Notes under the pieces: generated by a model
Told to the model about the DNA's origin: nothing
The model's input: only the letters and a program-made list of their open reading frames with translations
Databases searched by the model: none
Translations under genes and position numbers: made by a program
Source: the human T2T-CHM13v2.0 reference genome, Homo sapiens
NCBI RefSeq assembly: GCF_009914755.1
Contig: NC_060929.1
Strand: one strand, 5' to 3'
Length of the DNA: 64,000 nt
In this document: positions 25,634-44,495 of the stretch, one piece after another
Position numbering within the stretch: position 1 is the first letter of the stretch
Layout of the letters: each line of letters begins with the position of its first letter

Positions 25634-28600
25634 AGTGCCTTCTCATTCCCCTCAGGTAATTCCACTCTACTTCTCCTTTATGGTACCTCTTGGTTTCCAA
25701 AGACCTCAGCACTTTGGTGCTACTCTATCAGAAGCACAAAATGATCCTATGTTCTAGATATTTCCTAACTTCCTCCTTGTCCTCAACAAATCTTAATGGA
25801 CCTAACTTTAAAAAGTACAGTCTACTATCATACTCATTTTACAAATGAAGAATCTGGTGCACAGGTAGACTGGGTAATTTACTCAGGATAGCTGTAACAT
25901 TCTACATAGGTGGTATAGTCCTACATGTAAGCAAATAGCTGGCAAGAGAGTAAGTGGTCACTATATGGGAAGACTATAATATATTTGTCTTATATTACTA
26001 TCTCCCTCCAATGGACTATTAGCTCTATAAAGATAGGAACCTTTTATAAGTTAAATAAATATCCTATTAATATATTCAACATTTATTAAACATCTCAACT
26101 GATTTAAGTCTTCAATAAATGCTTACTGAATTGTTTAAAACTAAACAAAACAAAGTCTTCTGCCCCAATCCTTTTAGTTTAGAGTAGATGGCAATAAGGT
26201 TATTCAAAAAAGTAAATTTCGCTAATATGTTACCTAAAATAAATTACCTAAGTCAACTGAAATGTAGATTTCTCTTACTAAAGGTCTATAAGAAATTGGC
26301 TTATCAAATTAATCTTAGAGAGTAATAATAGGCTGTTTTAGGGCAAGCTTCAAGTCTGCTTAGAAAGGCTCTTAACAACACACACACAAAACTAGAGGTC
26401 CAAGAGAAATATATTAAACATATTTAAAAACAATTGAGCCTAAATGTCCCTGAGGTTTAAAGATTCATTATTTGAACAGATGATGAGGTATTCATTTCAA
26501 TATAAAATCAAATAATTACAGATTCCTAGAGCCTTAAAAGATCTTAACAGATTTTAAAGAAACTGAGTCTTCATTCACAGTATTTATTCCTAAAAGTAGA
26601 TCTTTTAATACAAAGAGGAAGGGGCTCTATTGTCAGGGTGGCTATGTTAAAGTTAAAAATACTATGACTTTCTTTTATGTTACTAATTTTGATATAAATA
26701 TTCTCCTTATTTGTTTTACCTCTCACTTTTACTGAGCCAGACTTCCAAACTACAAAAAATAGTGTAGCATATGTGATACAGACATAATTAATCAGGTATT
26801 ATGGGCTAATGATGATTATGCAAATATAATCTGACAATACAATTTAAGTTTGTTAATATTCACACTGCAGGAAAAAAAAAACCATGATTAAGAGTTGTAT
26901 CAAAAAACAAAAGCCTAACCATTAAAATATCAAAATTTAAAGTAGTTAAACTAAATCCTTCTACTTTTAGAGAGGAAGTATGTATTAGTCTTTCATTTTC
27001 TAATTGTAAAACAATCTAGTCTTCCCTTAAAAGTGATGTAGGGGTAGAATATTTATCTTTTAAAGTCAATAAAAATATTTTTTGAGAAATTAAATCTGAA
27101 GCAGAAATAACTGCTTTAAAATCCAAAGCTTGAAATTTTCCATTAGAAAAAAAAAGTCAAAAAATAAAATTGAGAAAATTTGAATATATTTTGTATTTGA
27201 ATGAACTAATCAGTGTTCTAACTAATTTCCGGTGCTTTCTGTATGTAACTAAAATGTAAAAGAACAATTGCCCTGGTAAGCCTTGGTTCATAATCTTTAA
27301 TGGTACAAAGTTATTTTCCCAAGGTGTGTATTTTATTTGGTTGAATAGAAAGTCATTATTAAAGGCACAGGAAAATTTCTTTAAAACACATTTTTAATGT
27401 CACATTTTAAAATGTGACATAGAAACAGAGATAAAAGGATTAGTTATTATTAAAAGTAGAAAGAGATAGAATGGATGACGTTTATCATCCTATCTCCACT
27501 AGCTACTTTGTAGAGATAAAAAAAAATTTTAAACCTATCGTCTTGATAATTTTGGTTGGCATTTATTTGGAGTTTTAATACTACATGTAGAAAAATCTTC
27601 AGTCATAGTATCTTGAGTTTACAGGTACAAGTTTAAAATTTTATGCTCACAACAAAAATCAATGTTATCTGGGAATAAATTTTGTTCCAATTTTTTTCAT
27701 CAGAAATACTCTCAACAATGTTACAGTTTTCTAAAGATATCTACATGTGGGAAAAAATAATTAGAGATTATAGGATTCTTGTACTAAAAAGTTATTTTTC
27801 AAATAAAATGTAATCAATTTTGTTGTTTTACCTCATGGGCTGCTATATCATATATGCCCATATCTAGACATGACATAGACATTAGTATATTTTAAATTCC
27901 ACAAAATAATTTCAATGATTTTACAAAGAAAATTATGCTTTTCTTAAAAAAGTCTCATTTTAATACATAATTATAATAAAAGTTCTTTAAACAAAATTAT
28001 TTTAAAGGTAAAGTTGGCTTTTCTTTCTTTCTCTAAATGGCTCCATTTATTTCAAAGCCTTACCCATAGAAATAACTGACGCTTTGCCACAGAACAATAT
28101 GGGATCTAGCTTACATATTTTACTGGATATTACCTATCCAGTTTTACCGAACACTTAGATATTGTTTGGCTTAAAAACACAAAGCTGCTCCAAGTTTATG
28201 GCTTTTAAATCTAGTTAATTTTGAATATAATTAGGTGAATTTCTGAGGAAAAAGAATGTTGAAGGTATACAGTTAACATATTTTTTGATCTAGCCACTTC
28301 TCCATGTTATAGTCATTTGCCTGCTTTTAGCACCCTCTGCAGGTGAACCAATATTATGCATGACTTACATGCCATTAAAATGCAGTAAAAAGGTGGAAAA
28401 GATACAATCAAGGTGATTAAATTGTAAAGAAGTAAAACAAATTTTCTTAGATCTGTTGCGGTAAAACAAATACTACCTGCTAGTTAATGGCCTATTTTAC
28501 TAAAAAAAAAAGAACCCAGAATATGCATATTTATGTGCATTCAAGGATAAAATGCTACTTATTGTGACCATACTACTGATATAACTGGAAAAGCTAAAAT

Positions 28601-28689
28601 GCAAAGTTAGAAAAGGTTACAACTTGGAAATAATACCAAGAATATTCAAATTTAAATCACCTGAAAATAAAATGAAACTGTAAACTTAC

Positions 28690-28822
28690 CATCCCTGTTG
28701 GACAGCAGACAGACCAAGCCATTGAGGCACGTGTCAGTGACTTCCAAGATGTTGGTTGCACATCTGCCTATAGTCTGAATAGTGGCTGCTGCAAATTGTT
28801 TATCCTGGCTTTTCACATAGGT
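28690..28822 (-). CDS. AP3B1: AP3B1 coding exon (probable exon 13, 133 bp, phase 0/1)
   Basis: cttttag|ACC...GATG|gtaagt. Encodes [44 protein letters not shown](E). Confidence 0.96.
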
Positions 28823-29446
28823 CTAAAAGATATTATTTCAATTAGTTTACACACTGGTATTATTGAGTTAACCAAAACTCCGATTATATTAAACTTTGTC
28901 AATATATAAGAATTCCAGAATACATAAACTTCTCATAAGCACAATATGAGGACCAAGTGATGATGTAGATTAATTTCATTTTGTTTTGATTTTTTTACTT
29001 AAAGAATGTGCCTATGGACGAAGCACATTTTCAAGCCAGGCTCATTCACCTGTGGCCATAGTGGCTTGAGACTCCAAAACAGATAGTAGGAGCAGTCACC
29101 CAAAGACAGCAATTAGTTTAAGTGCAAGGTTGAAAGAGATGATGAGAGCTCTCTCTTTGGAGGTTTCAGTTCATTTACCAGCAGCATCTGTGAATCTATG
29201 AAAAAAAGGGTCACTTTTTCAGAGACACTAAATCTAAAAACTGGGAGAAAAGGAAGAAAGGGACCAGTAGGCTATTTACAAACATTTTAATTTCAAAATC
29301 TATCACAATGGTTGTAAAAGAATAATAGTTACGGTGAACAGTATTTCAATAAATACTTCAAATACTCAGTTTATAATAAAATAAAATACCATACTTTTGA
29401 AATAGATTTTCTTTAAAAGTATGCTTTAAAAATATACTGTAAAGGG

Positions 29447-29556
29447 TATATGTGTGTGTGTGTATATATATATATGTGTGTGTGTGTATATATAGTATAT
29501 ATATAGTATACATATATATATATACACACACACACATATATATATACACACACACA
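29447..29556. repeat. Compound (TG)n/(TA)n/(CA)n microsatellite
   Basis: Directly visible. Confidence 0.95.
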
Positions 29557-31480
29557 AATTTAAAAATAAAGAAATAAATCACTGATTTAACAACAGGAAG
29601 TTAAAATATCTTTATAAATTTTATAATGGCCCTAGAGAATTTCACTTTGCTTAGAACCTTCCTAATTTTTAAATGAGGAAAGCTTCTATTGTTTACAGAA
29701 ATATACACACTTTGTATCATATACATGAAATTTGAAAGGTCATTTACAATCGAAATTTTTAAGAAAGATTCCCAACCTCAAATAAGAAGTATACAATGTA
29801 GACTTAACACTATGAAAAATGCAATACATTTAAGTGGTGTCTAAATGACAAATGGAGGAGAAAACCTAAAGATGTCTAAAAAAATACAAATTTGCTAAAA
29901 ATGGTACCAACCAGGTGATTAAACATTGAACAAATAAATTAAATTAATTAAACTCTCCTAGTTCCATGAAGGCAAGACCAATTATATTTAAAAGTGTTCC
30001 CAAATAAATTATTTAATTTCCTTAAAGAAAAATATGAACTTATGAGTCTTTAGAAACATTCCCTATTTTACCCAAAAAGTTACTAAAAGCGTAACTATGA
30101 GCATAACACAAACATAGACAGAAGGTACAAATTTAGACAGTGATAAAAATGAATACATGAAAAAAATACTTAAAAGTTTGACTGAAAAATGGACCTTATT
30201 AAACATCCTGATATTAAATGAAAAGACTAGATGACCAATATTTTGAAACAGGTCTAGTATGTGCCCTCTATACAACCCATTCCATAACATTACCTAAGTC
30301 TCCTTTCCTACAATCCCAGGAGACTTGATATAAGCAAAAACTGGACAGTGAGAGGACACCCAAAGAGACTAGATAGGACAACAGGAAAGGAACAAGAAAA
30401 AACACAAAGACCAATACTTTAAATAAATAAAATTATAGGAATGAAGTGAAAATCAGATTCAAGCAATGATCTGCAGCTATAAGATTACTGAATAATAACA
30501 TAAAATAGTATATTTTCTAGAACATCTTAATTTTTTAAGAAATTTGTCTAGAAAGATACACAACATAAAAGTGGAGTAATCCAGGTATGAAAATATAAAT
30601 TATGGACATGCCATATTATTCTACTATTCCTGTAAAAAGTTTAAAAATCACATAGCTAAAAAGAAATCGTGTATACAGTGTCTTATAACCAAGAAGAAAT
30701 TTAATATTGGCATATAGGAGAACTATGGCAAAAAATACATCTCTAAAAGTTGGAAGCTGATAAAAGAAAAACTCTGTGATTAGTGCATAGTATGTGGTAT
30801 ATTTTTGTTAAGAAAACAGATAGTGGAATATAAAAGTCATAATACTGATGTAAAGTTTTCTATTGCTGTGCTCTACAACTAAGGCTTCAGAGATGACCTT
30901 TCCATCATAAAGGGTATCATGTCCATGAAGTAATTTTTGAATAATATTTTGGGGGGAAATGCAGCTAGGAAGAGTCTCATAAGGCATAAAAATACAACTA
31001 AACAAATCAAAATAAAAAACAGCAATTTAAAAAATCGTAGTGGGGCAATTATGAAACAAATTTTTTTGAGCTATATATGAGGCTAAGGGGGCAGTGTCAA
31101 AAATAGTCATAGGTCAATAAAATGGGAACAACCAGGTAAGAAATGAAACCGTTTTCATGACCACAGAATATAGAAAGGACTATTGATGCTGGCAGCACAA
31201 AAAGATGAAATTCTTACCAGAAATACAATTTCAAACAAAGACAGAGTTATAAACCAAAGTCCTTCAAAGTCTATGAAAATATGAAAGAGAATACTATGTT
31301 TTCCTTAAATTATAAATTGTAATTAGTTTATTCTTGCAAATTTATGAATTTCTTAGTTGTCAGTCTTGTCCCAATCACTATTTTATGTACATAATTACAT
31401 ATTTCTAGATAGAAAAAGATGCATATTTAAGACTGAACATATGTTTTAGAAGTTTTTTATAATTAGCACTGTACACAAAC

Positions 31481-31543
31481 CTGAAATTCTCGAAGAAGAG
31501 TTGATATGTTGGCTTCATTTGCCAAGTTTGTCAAAATTTCAAG
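31481..31543 (-). CDS. AP3B1: AP3B1 coding exon (probable exon 12, 63 bp, phase 0/0)
   Basis: ctactatag|CTT...CAG|gtttgt. Encodes LEILTNLANEANISTLLREFQ. Confidence 0.95.
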
Positions 31544-31650
31544 CTATAGTAGAGAAAAGAGAAAGTAAACATTTTAAAACAAAGGTAGCAAGATGAATTT
31601 AATAGAGTACAGACATTTAATTGAAAGTTTATTTCTACTTTTAAAAATCA

Positions 31651-32073
<423 letters not shown>

Positions 32074-32539
32074 TCAACTTAGTCTACCTTCTTATGTCCA
32101 CAAACAGATATTAGACAATTACTAGTTCTTTGAAAACAATTCGGAAAAGGAGAATTCTACATCTTCACTAATTGTCTGCCCAATACAAACTTATAATTTA
32201 TATCTAATTAACCTAAACAATTCTGCTAGTTTGGCTTTTTGTCTTTTAGTAAAGTTAGAAAACAATTTGCCCTCCATGTTAATACATCTGCTTTCCAGAT
32301 ACCAATTAATTCTTTTGATTTGTTCTCCTATAGTCTACCATCCCAAATACTCAGACATTTTAATTCTCTCTTCTGGATTTATAGATATAAACAATGTGTA
32401 ATCTCCAATGGGCTTGTGAAAAAAAATTTTTACTAATAAAAAATATTTAGTCTTAAGAAAATCACAAAAAAATAGAAGAGACAAACAGAAGCAAATCAAG
32501 ATGTGAACATAAATACATTCATATCAATAAACTACATTA

Positions 32540-33480
32540 AATAAAGCCAAATACTTAGAGCCAACTGATCTTTGACAAGGCAAACAGAAACACAAAATAG
32601 GGAAAGGATACCCTATTCAACAAATGGTGCCAGGATAATTGGCAAGCCACATGTAGTAGAATGAAACTGGATCCTCATCTCTCATCTTACACAAAATTCA
32701 ACTCAAGATGGATCAAAGACTTAAATCTAAGACCTGAAACCATAAAGATTCTAGAAGATAACATCGGAAAAACCCTTCTAGACGCTGGCTTAGGCAAAGA
32801 CTTCATGACCCAAACCCAATAACAAATGCAACAAAAACAAAGATAAATAGATGGGACTTAATTAAACTAGAAAGCTTCTGCACAGCATAAGAAATAATCA
32901 GCAGAGTTAACAGACAACCCACAGAGTGGGAGAAAATCTTCACAGTCTATACATCTGACAAAGGACTAATATCCAGAATCTACAAAGAACACAAACAAAT
33001 CAGCAAGAAAAAAACAATCCCACCAAAAAGTGGGCAAAGGATATGAATAGACAATTCTCAAAGATACACAAACGGCCAAGAAGCACATGGAAAAATGCTC
33101 AACATCACTACTTATTAGGGAAATGCAAATCAAAACCACAGTGTGAAACCACCTCACTCCACCAAGAATGGTCATAATCAAAAAATCAAAAAATAATAGA
33201 TGTTAGCATGGATGTGGTGAAAGGGAACACTTTTACACTGTTGGTGGGAACGTAAACTAGTACAACCACTAAAGAAAACAGTGTGGAGATTCCTTAAAAA
33301 AGTAAAAGTAGAACTACTGTTTGATCCAGCAATCCCACCAGTAGGTATCTACCCAGAGGAAAAGAAGACATTATACAAAAAAGATACTTGCACACACGTT
33401 TATAGCAGCACAATTTGCAATGGCAAAAATATGGAACCAGCCCAAATGCCCATCAATCAACATGTGGATAAAGAACATGT

Positions 33481-33521
<41 letters not shown>

Positions 33522-33900
33522 ACCATGGAATACTGCTCAGCTATAAAAAAGGAACAAAATAATGGCATTCACAGAAACTAGATAGAATTGGAGACTATTA
33601 TTCTAAGTGAAGTAACTCAGGAATGGAAAACCAAACATCGTATGTTCTCACTCATAAGTGGGAGCTAAGCTATGAGGATGCACAGACATAAGAATAATAC
33701 ACTGGACTTTGGGGGCTCAGGGGAAAGGGTGGGGGGTGGTGAGGAATAAAAGACTACACATTGGGTACAGTGTACACTGCTTGGGTGACGGGTGCACCGA
33801 AATCTCAGAAATCACCACTAAAGAACTTATGCATGTAACCAAACACCACCTGTTCACCAAAAACCTACTGAAAAAAAAAAAAAAACAAAAAAAATAAAAC
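32540..33900 (+). mobile_element. 5'-truncated L1PB-type element inserted in an older L1 fragment
   Basis: ORF2 3' end plus 3' UTR ending catgtaaccaaacaccacctgttcaccaaaaacctactg-polyA. Internal (TA)(CA)n at about 33480-33520. Confidence 0.88.
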
Positions 33901-34032
33901 AGCAAATGATCTAAACGCTCCAATTAGAAGGCAAAGACTGTAGGAGGAGTTCTTTACATATTCTGAGTACAAATCATTTATTCAGACACATGTATTAGAA
34001 ATATTTTTCCCAGATAATCTTTTAATTTTTAA

Positions 34033-34810
<778 letters not shown>

Positions 34811-35313
34811 TAGATTTTATTATTAAACTCAGTTTTCATATGAATAATACATCATTCTAATATTGAACAGTCTTGAATAGTCCATAGTCCATCCTTTCCT
34901 CATTGGTTTGTAATATCTCCTCTACTATATGGTACATTTTTGCGTGTATGGGCACATTTCTAGGCTTTCTACTCTTTCCACTTACTTTTCTGTCTAAATA
35001 TCACACTATTTTAATCACTATAGATTTATATTCCTAACTGCACTCTATGCCATACTTATTACTTCCTGAAAACAATGCTCTTTCATAATCCCTTGTGTTA
35101 GCATGAATTATGTTTTTCACCTACTCTAACCCTTCGACCTCCCAATCAACCTGCCAACCAAGAAAAAAATTCACAATATTATTCTTTTAAGATCCACCCA
35201 AACATCATCTTTTCTAAACCTCTCATAGAATTAGCTCCACCTTTCTGTTCTTCACAACACTCAATTCAAATATCTGTATTACTTAAAACACACAGTACTA
35301 AAATAAGTTAGTT

Positions 35314-35585
<272 letters not shown>

Positions 35586-35589
35586 TGAA

Positions 35590-41212
<5,623 letters not shown>

Positions 41213-41482
41213 AATCTCCAAAGTTATTTATTTAAATGCCTGTCTCCTTCAGTAATCTGTGAGTTATTCAAGTTGTAGGTAGCATGGCTTAACTTTACAT
41301 TATCAGAATGTAGTACAGTAATTAGTATATAATAATATAGATTGAAAAGTATAAAGAAAAACCATTAACTTTATCAATGTGTTTTGAAAAGCAGGACTGC
41401 ATCCCACAGGTGCTAAAAGCTATAGAAATATCTCTTCAAAACAAATGTGTTAAAAGCCTCTGAAAAATGAAAGCATACATAC

Positions 41483-41554
41483 CTTCAGTGTCTTGATCAT
41501 AGTTGGATCAGTTGACCTAACATAGAAACTCTTCAGATAAGGTTCAAACATCCC
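41483..41554 (-). CDS. AP3B1: AP3B1 coding exon (probable exon 11, 72 bp, phase 0/0)
   Basis: atccag|GGG...AAG|gtatgt. Encodes [24 protein letters not shown]. Confidence 0.95.
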
Positions 41555-41640
41555 CTGGATTACAAAAATAAATACAAAAATACATTATGGTACTAATGTG
41601 TTCATGTGTCTCTTAAATTACGTGTTCAGAACATACATAC

Positions 41641-41695
41641 CTTTCTTTGAATTGACATAGTTGCTATATTTTGTAGGACAATATACTGCACCTCC
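41641..41695 (-). CDS. AP3B1: AP3B1 coding exon (probable exon 10, 55 bp, phase 2/0)
   Basis: tttctag|GGAG...AAG|gtatgt. Encodes (R)EVQYIVLQNIATMSIQRK. Confidence 0.95.
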
Positions 41696-43195
41696 CTAGA
41701 AATCAAAAGATAATTTTTACTGGGTATATGTTCCAATGAAACATCTTTGAGTAAGCACTACAATAATGACAAAGAATTAGCAATAATTTCAAGTGAATGA
41801 GACTCTTAAATGTAATAATGAAAAGTTTTTAGTAAATCTTAGATGTGTGTCTTTTTAACGCACTTTTCCTATAAAATACCAATAAATTAGACGTGATTCA
41901 TCATGAAGAATAGTTAAAACAAATTTTATAATAAAGTGCTCCTAAAATATGAAGTTAACATTGTACCTGCTTTGAACACATCCAAGGAAGGTATTCTTAG
42001 GGTTAATAGGGGTAGATAGGACCACACTGTTATTATAAACTCATTAAATAACTCATTCTTCCCAGGGCAAAGGCCAGATTTTAAAAGTAGTCATGTTATT
42101 TTTAGACCCAAATATCTAATAAATGAACTGAATCTGGTATAAGGCTTCATGTGAAAGACCAATTCCAGGTCTTTCTGATATCTTTTGAACTAGCCATAGG
42201 AAAAAAAAAAAAAGTATTGAACTAGCAAAAGAGAAAAATAATAGCTGGATATACAGATAGGGAGAATAGGAACACAAAGGAAATGGCATCTCATTTGTTA
42301 CTAAGCCAGTCAAGAGCTACAATTGTGGACTAAGTTCCAGTTAAGGGCAAAAATAAATACATAGTTTTTTCCTTCCAACGCAATTAGTGGAAACAAGCAC
42401 TCAATGAAAAACATTGTTTCAAATTAAAACAACTAATTACTGAAAAATAGCTAAGGTATGTCAAATAGCTGAAATGAAGGTATTCTTAAACACAGAAACA
42501 AATGTCTGAATTAAACCTGAAATCATGATTCTCATGTTATATGTCATGGAAACTCAATAAATTGTTTTGAATCGTTAACCTAAACCACTAAATTATAAAG
42601 AGGTAAAATCAAAGAAGGTGGCATGCTCTTTCTGTCTGTCTATCTGAAACTAAGAGTATGCAATCTTTAAAATGAGTAGCTATTAAAAACACAGCTCTCT
42701 TTTTAGAGTGGAGCAAAGCATAGTAATTAAATATTCCAGCTTTATAGGAAGCACAATTCTGGCATAAACTACATTACTTAGCATACACATTGCTCTATAT
42801 AAAACCATGTATTAATACATTGAGTAAGTCAATCTGATAGTACTTCAGTATAGTTTTTCAGTGATTCCAGATTTACCAAAACTCCCAAACATCATTATTG
42901 CCATACCTAAAAATTTCAAACACTAATACTAGGCTACTAGTGACACTCTAGTGTTATGCCACAAAATATTTTCAATATCTTTGGGCTTGAGGTTAAAAAG
43001 TTTCAGTATTTATCATTAAGTTTGAGATAAATGCATAAAGACTTTTATAATAATCCCCTTAAGTATGAAATCTTACTGATCGATTGATTAAAATATAGTC
43101 AGAGTTATATATTAAATGCCTGAAAGATTACATTTGTTCAAACATTACTTTTGAAGGAATACAAAAGAAAAAATATATATAAAATCATGACCTAC

Positions 43196-43293
43196 CTATT
43201 GCTACGAAGTAAACGCACTAGTGATTTAGAAATTATGCCAGCTTCAGATTTTGGTGATATGTGCCAATACAGCTGAGCAACTGCCATAACCAC
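43196..43293 (-). CDS. AP3B1: AP3B1 coding exon (probable exon 9, 98 bp, phase 0/2)
   Basis: cttgtag|GTG...AATAG|gtaggt. Encodes [32 protein letters not shown](R). Confidence 0.96.
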
Positions 43294-43423
43294 CTACAAG
43301 ATAAAGCATAAAAATAACAGAACTATGAACACTAGAGCACTCTACAACCTCAAAATCCATTCCTACACATTATTTCCTCTAAGTCCTACAAATTCCTGTG
43401 ACGTAAAATGGAATGTTACTCTT

Positions 43424-43863
43424 CGTAGTGAGTTGAAGAAGTGTCCCCCACTCCCAGTGCCCAATACTATCCTCAGAATCTGATCTTATTTGGAAGTGGG
43501 ATCTCTGCAGAAATTATTAATATAAGAATTGAAATGACATCATGCTGGTTAAGAGCCCTAAATCGAATGAACGTGTCCTTATAAGAGAAAAAAAAAGGAC
43601 AAAAAGAGACACCGTGAAGGCCATGTGAAGATGGAGATAATTAGTGTGATACACCCATAAGCCAAGCAATGCCACGGATTGCTGGCAATCACCAGAAGCC
43701 AGGAAAGAGAAGGTTTCTCCCTCAGAGCGTACAGAAGTAACCAATACTGATTATACCTTGATTTCAGACTTCTGGCTTCCTGAAATGTGACAGAATAAAT
43801 TTCTGTTGTTTTAATCCACTCAGTTTGTGGCAATATGTATGGCAGTGCTATGAAAAGAATACA
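43424..43863 (+). mobile_element. MLT1B/C MaLR solo LTR
   Basis: tgtccttataagaga...gccaagcaatgccacggattgctggcaatcaccagaagc...gaataaatttctgttgtttt...aataca. Confidence 0.85.
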
Positions 43864-44197
43864 TCCTCAGAAAAAAAAAGAGACACTGAATGAACTGCTC
43901 AAGGTGTAACAGCTAGTACGTGGCAAAGCTCAAGACACTCGAAATTCCATGCTCCTCAGCTGCTGCTCTGAGACTGGGGCTTTTTAAGAATTATAAGCAT
44001 GCCTTTCTAAATGAAGCCAGGATAACAGTAACTAGTAGGCTGAAATAAAGAAAACTCAGCACATTTAAGTTACAATTAAAGAAACTCCATTAAAACAAAT
44101 ACATCTACAGCAGTAGCATTTAAAATAATCTTGTTTTTAAAAACACAGAACCTTAAAAATGGCTTCTGGTTCAAAGCCATTATAAGGGTGATTCAAA

Positions 44198-44495
44198 GAC
44201 TGGGCACAGTGGCTCACGCCTGTACTCCCACCCCTTTGGGAGGCCGAGGCAGGTGGGTCACTTGCAGTCAGGTGTGAGAGCATCCTGGCCAACATGGTAA
44301 AACCCCATCTCTACTAAAAATACAAAAATTAGGTTAAGCGTGGTGGTGCACACCTGTAATCTCAGCTACTTGGGAGGTTGGGACACGAGAATCATTGAAC
44401 CCAGGAGGTAGAGGTTGCAGTGAGCCGAGATCATGCCACTGCACTCCAGCCTGTGCAATGGAGTGAGACTCTGTCTCAACAAAACAAAACAAACA
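44198..44495 (+). mobile_element. AluS
   Basis: Full dimer with (AAAAC)n tail. TSD AAGGGTGA. Confidence 0.92.
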
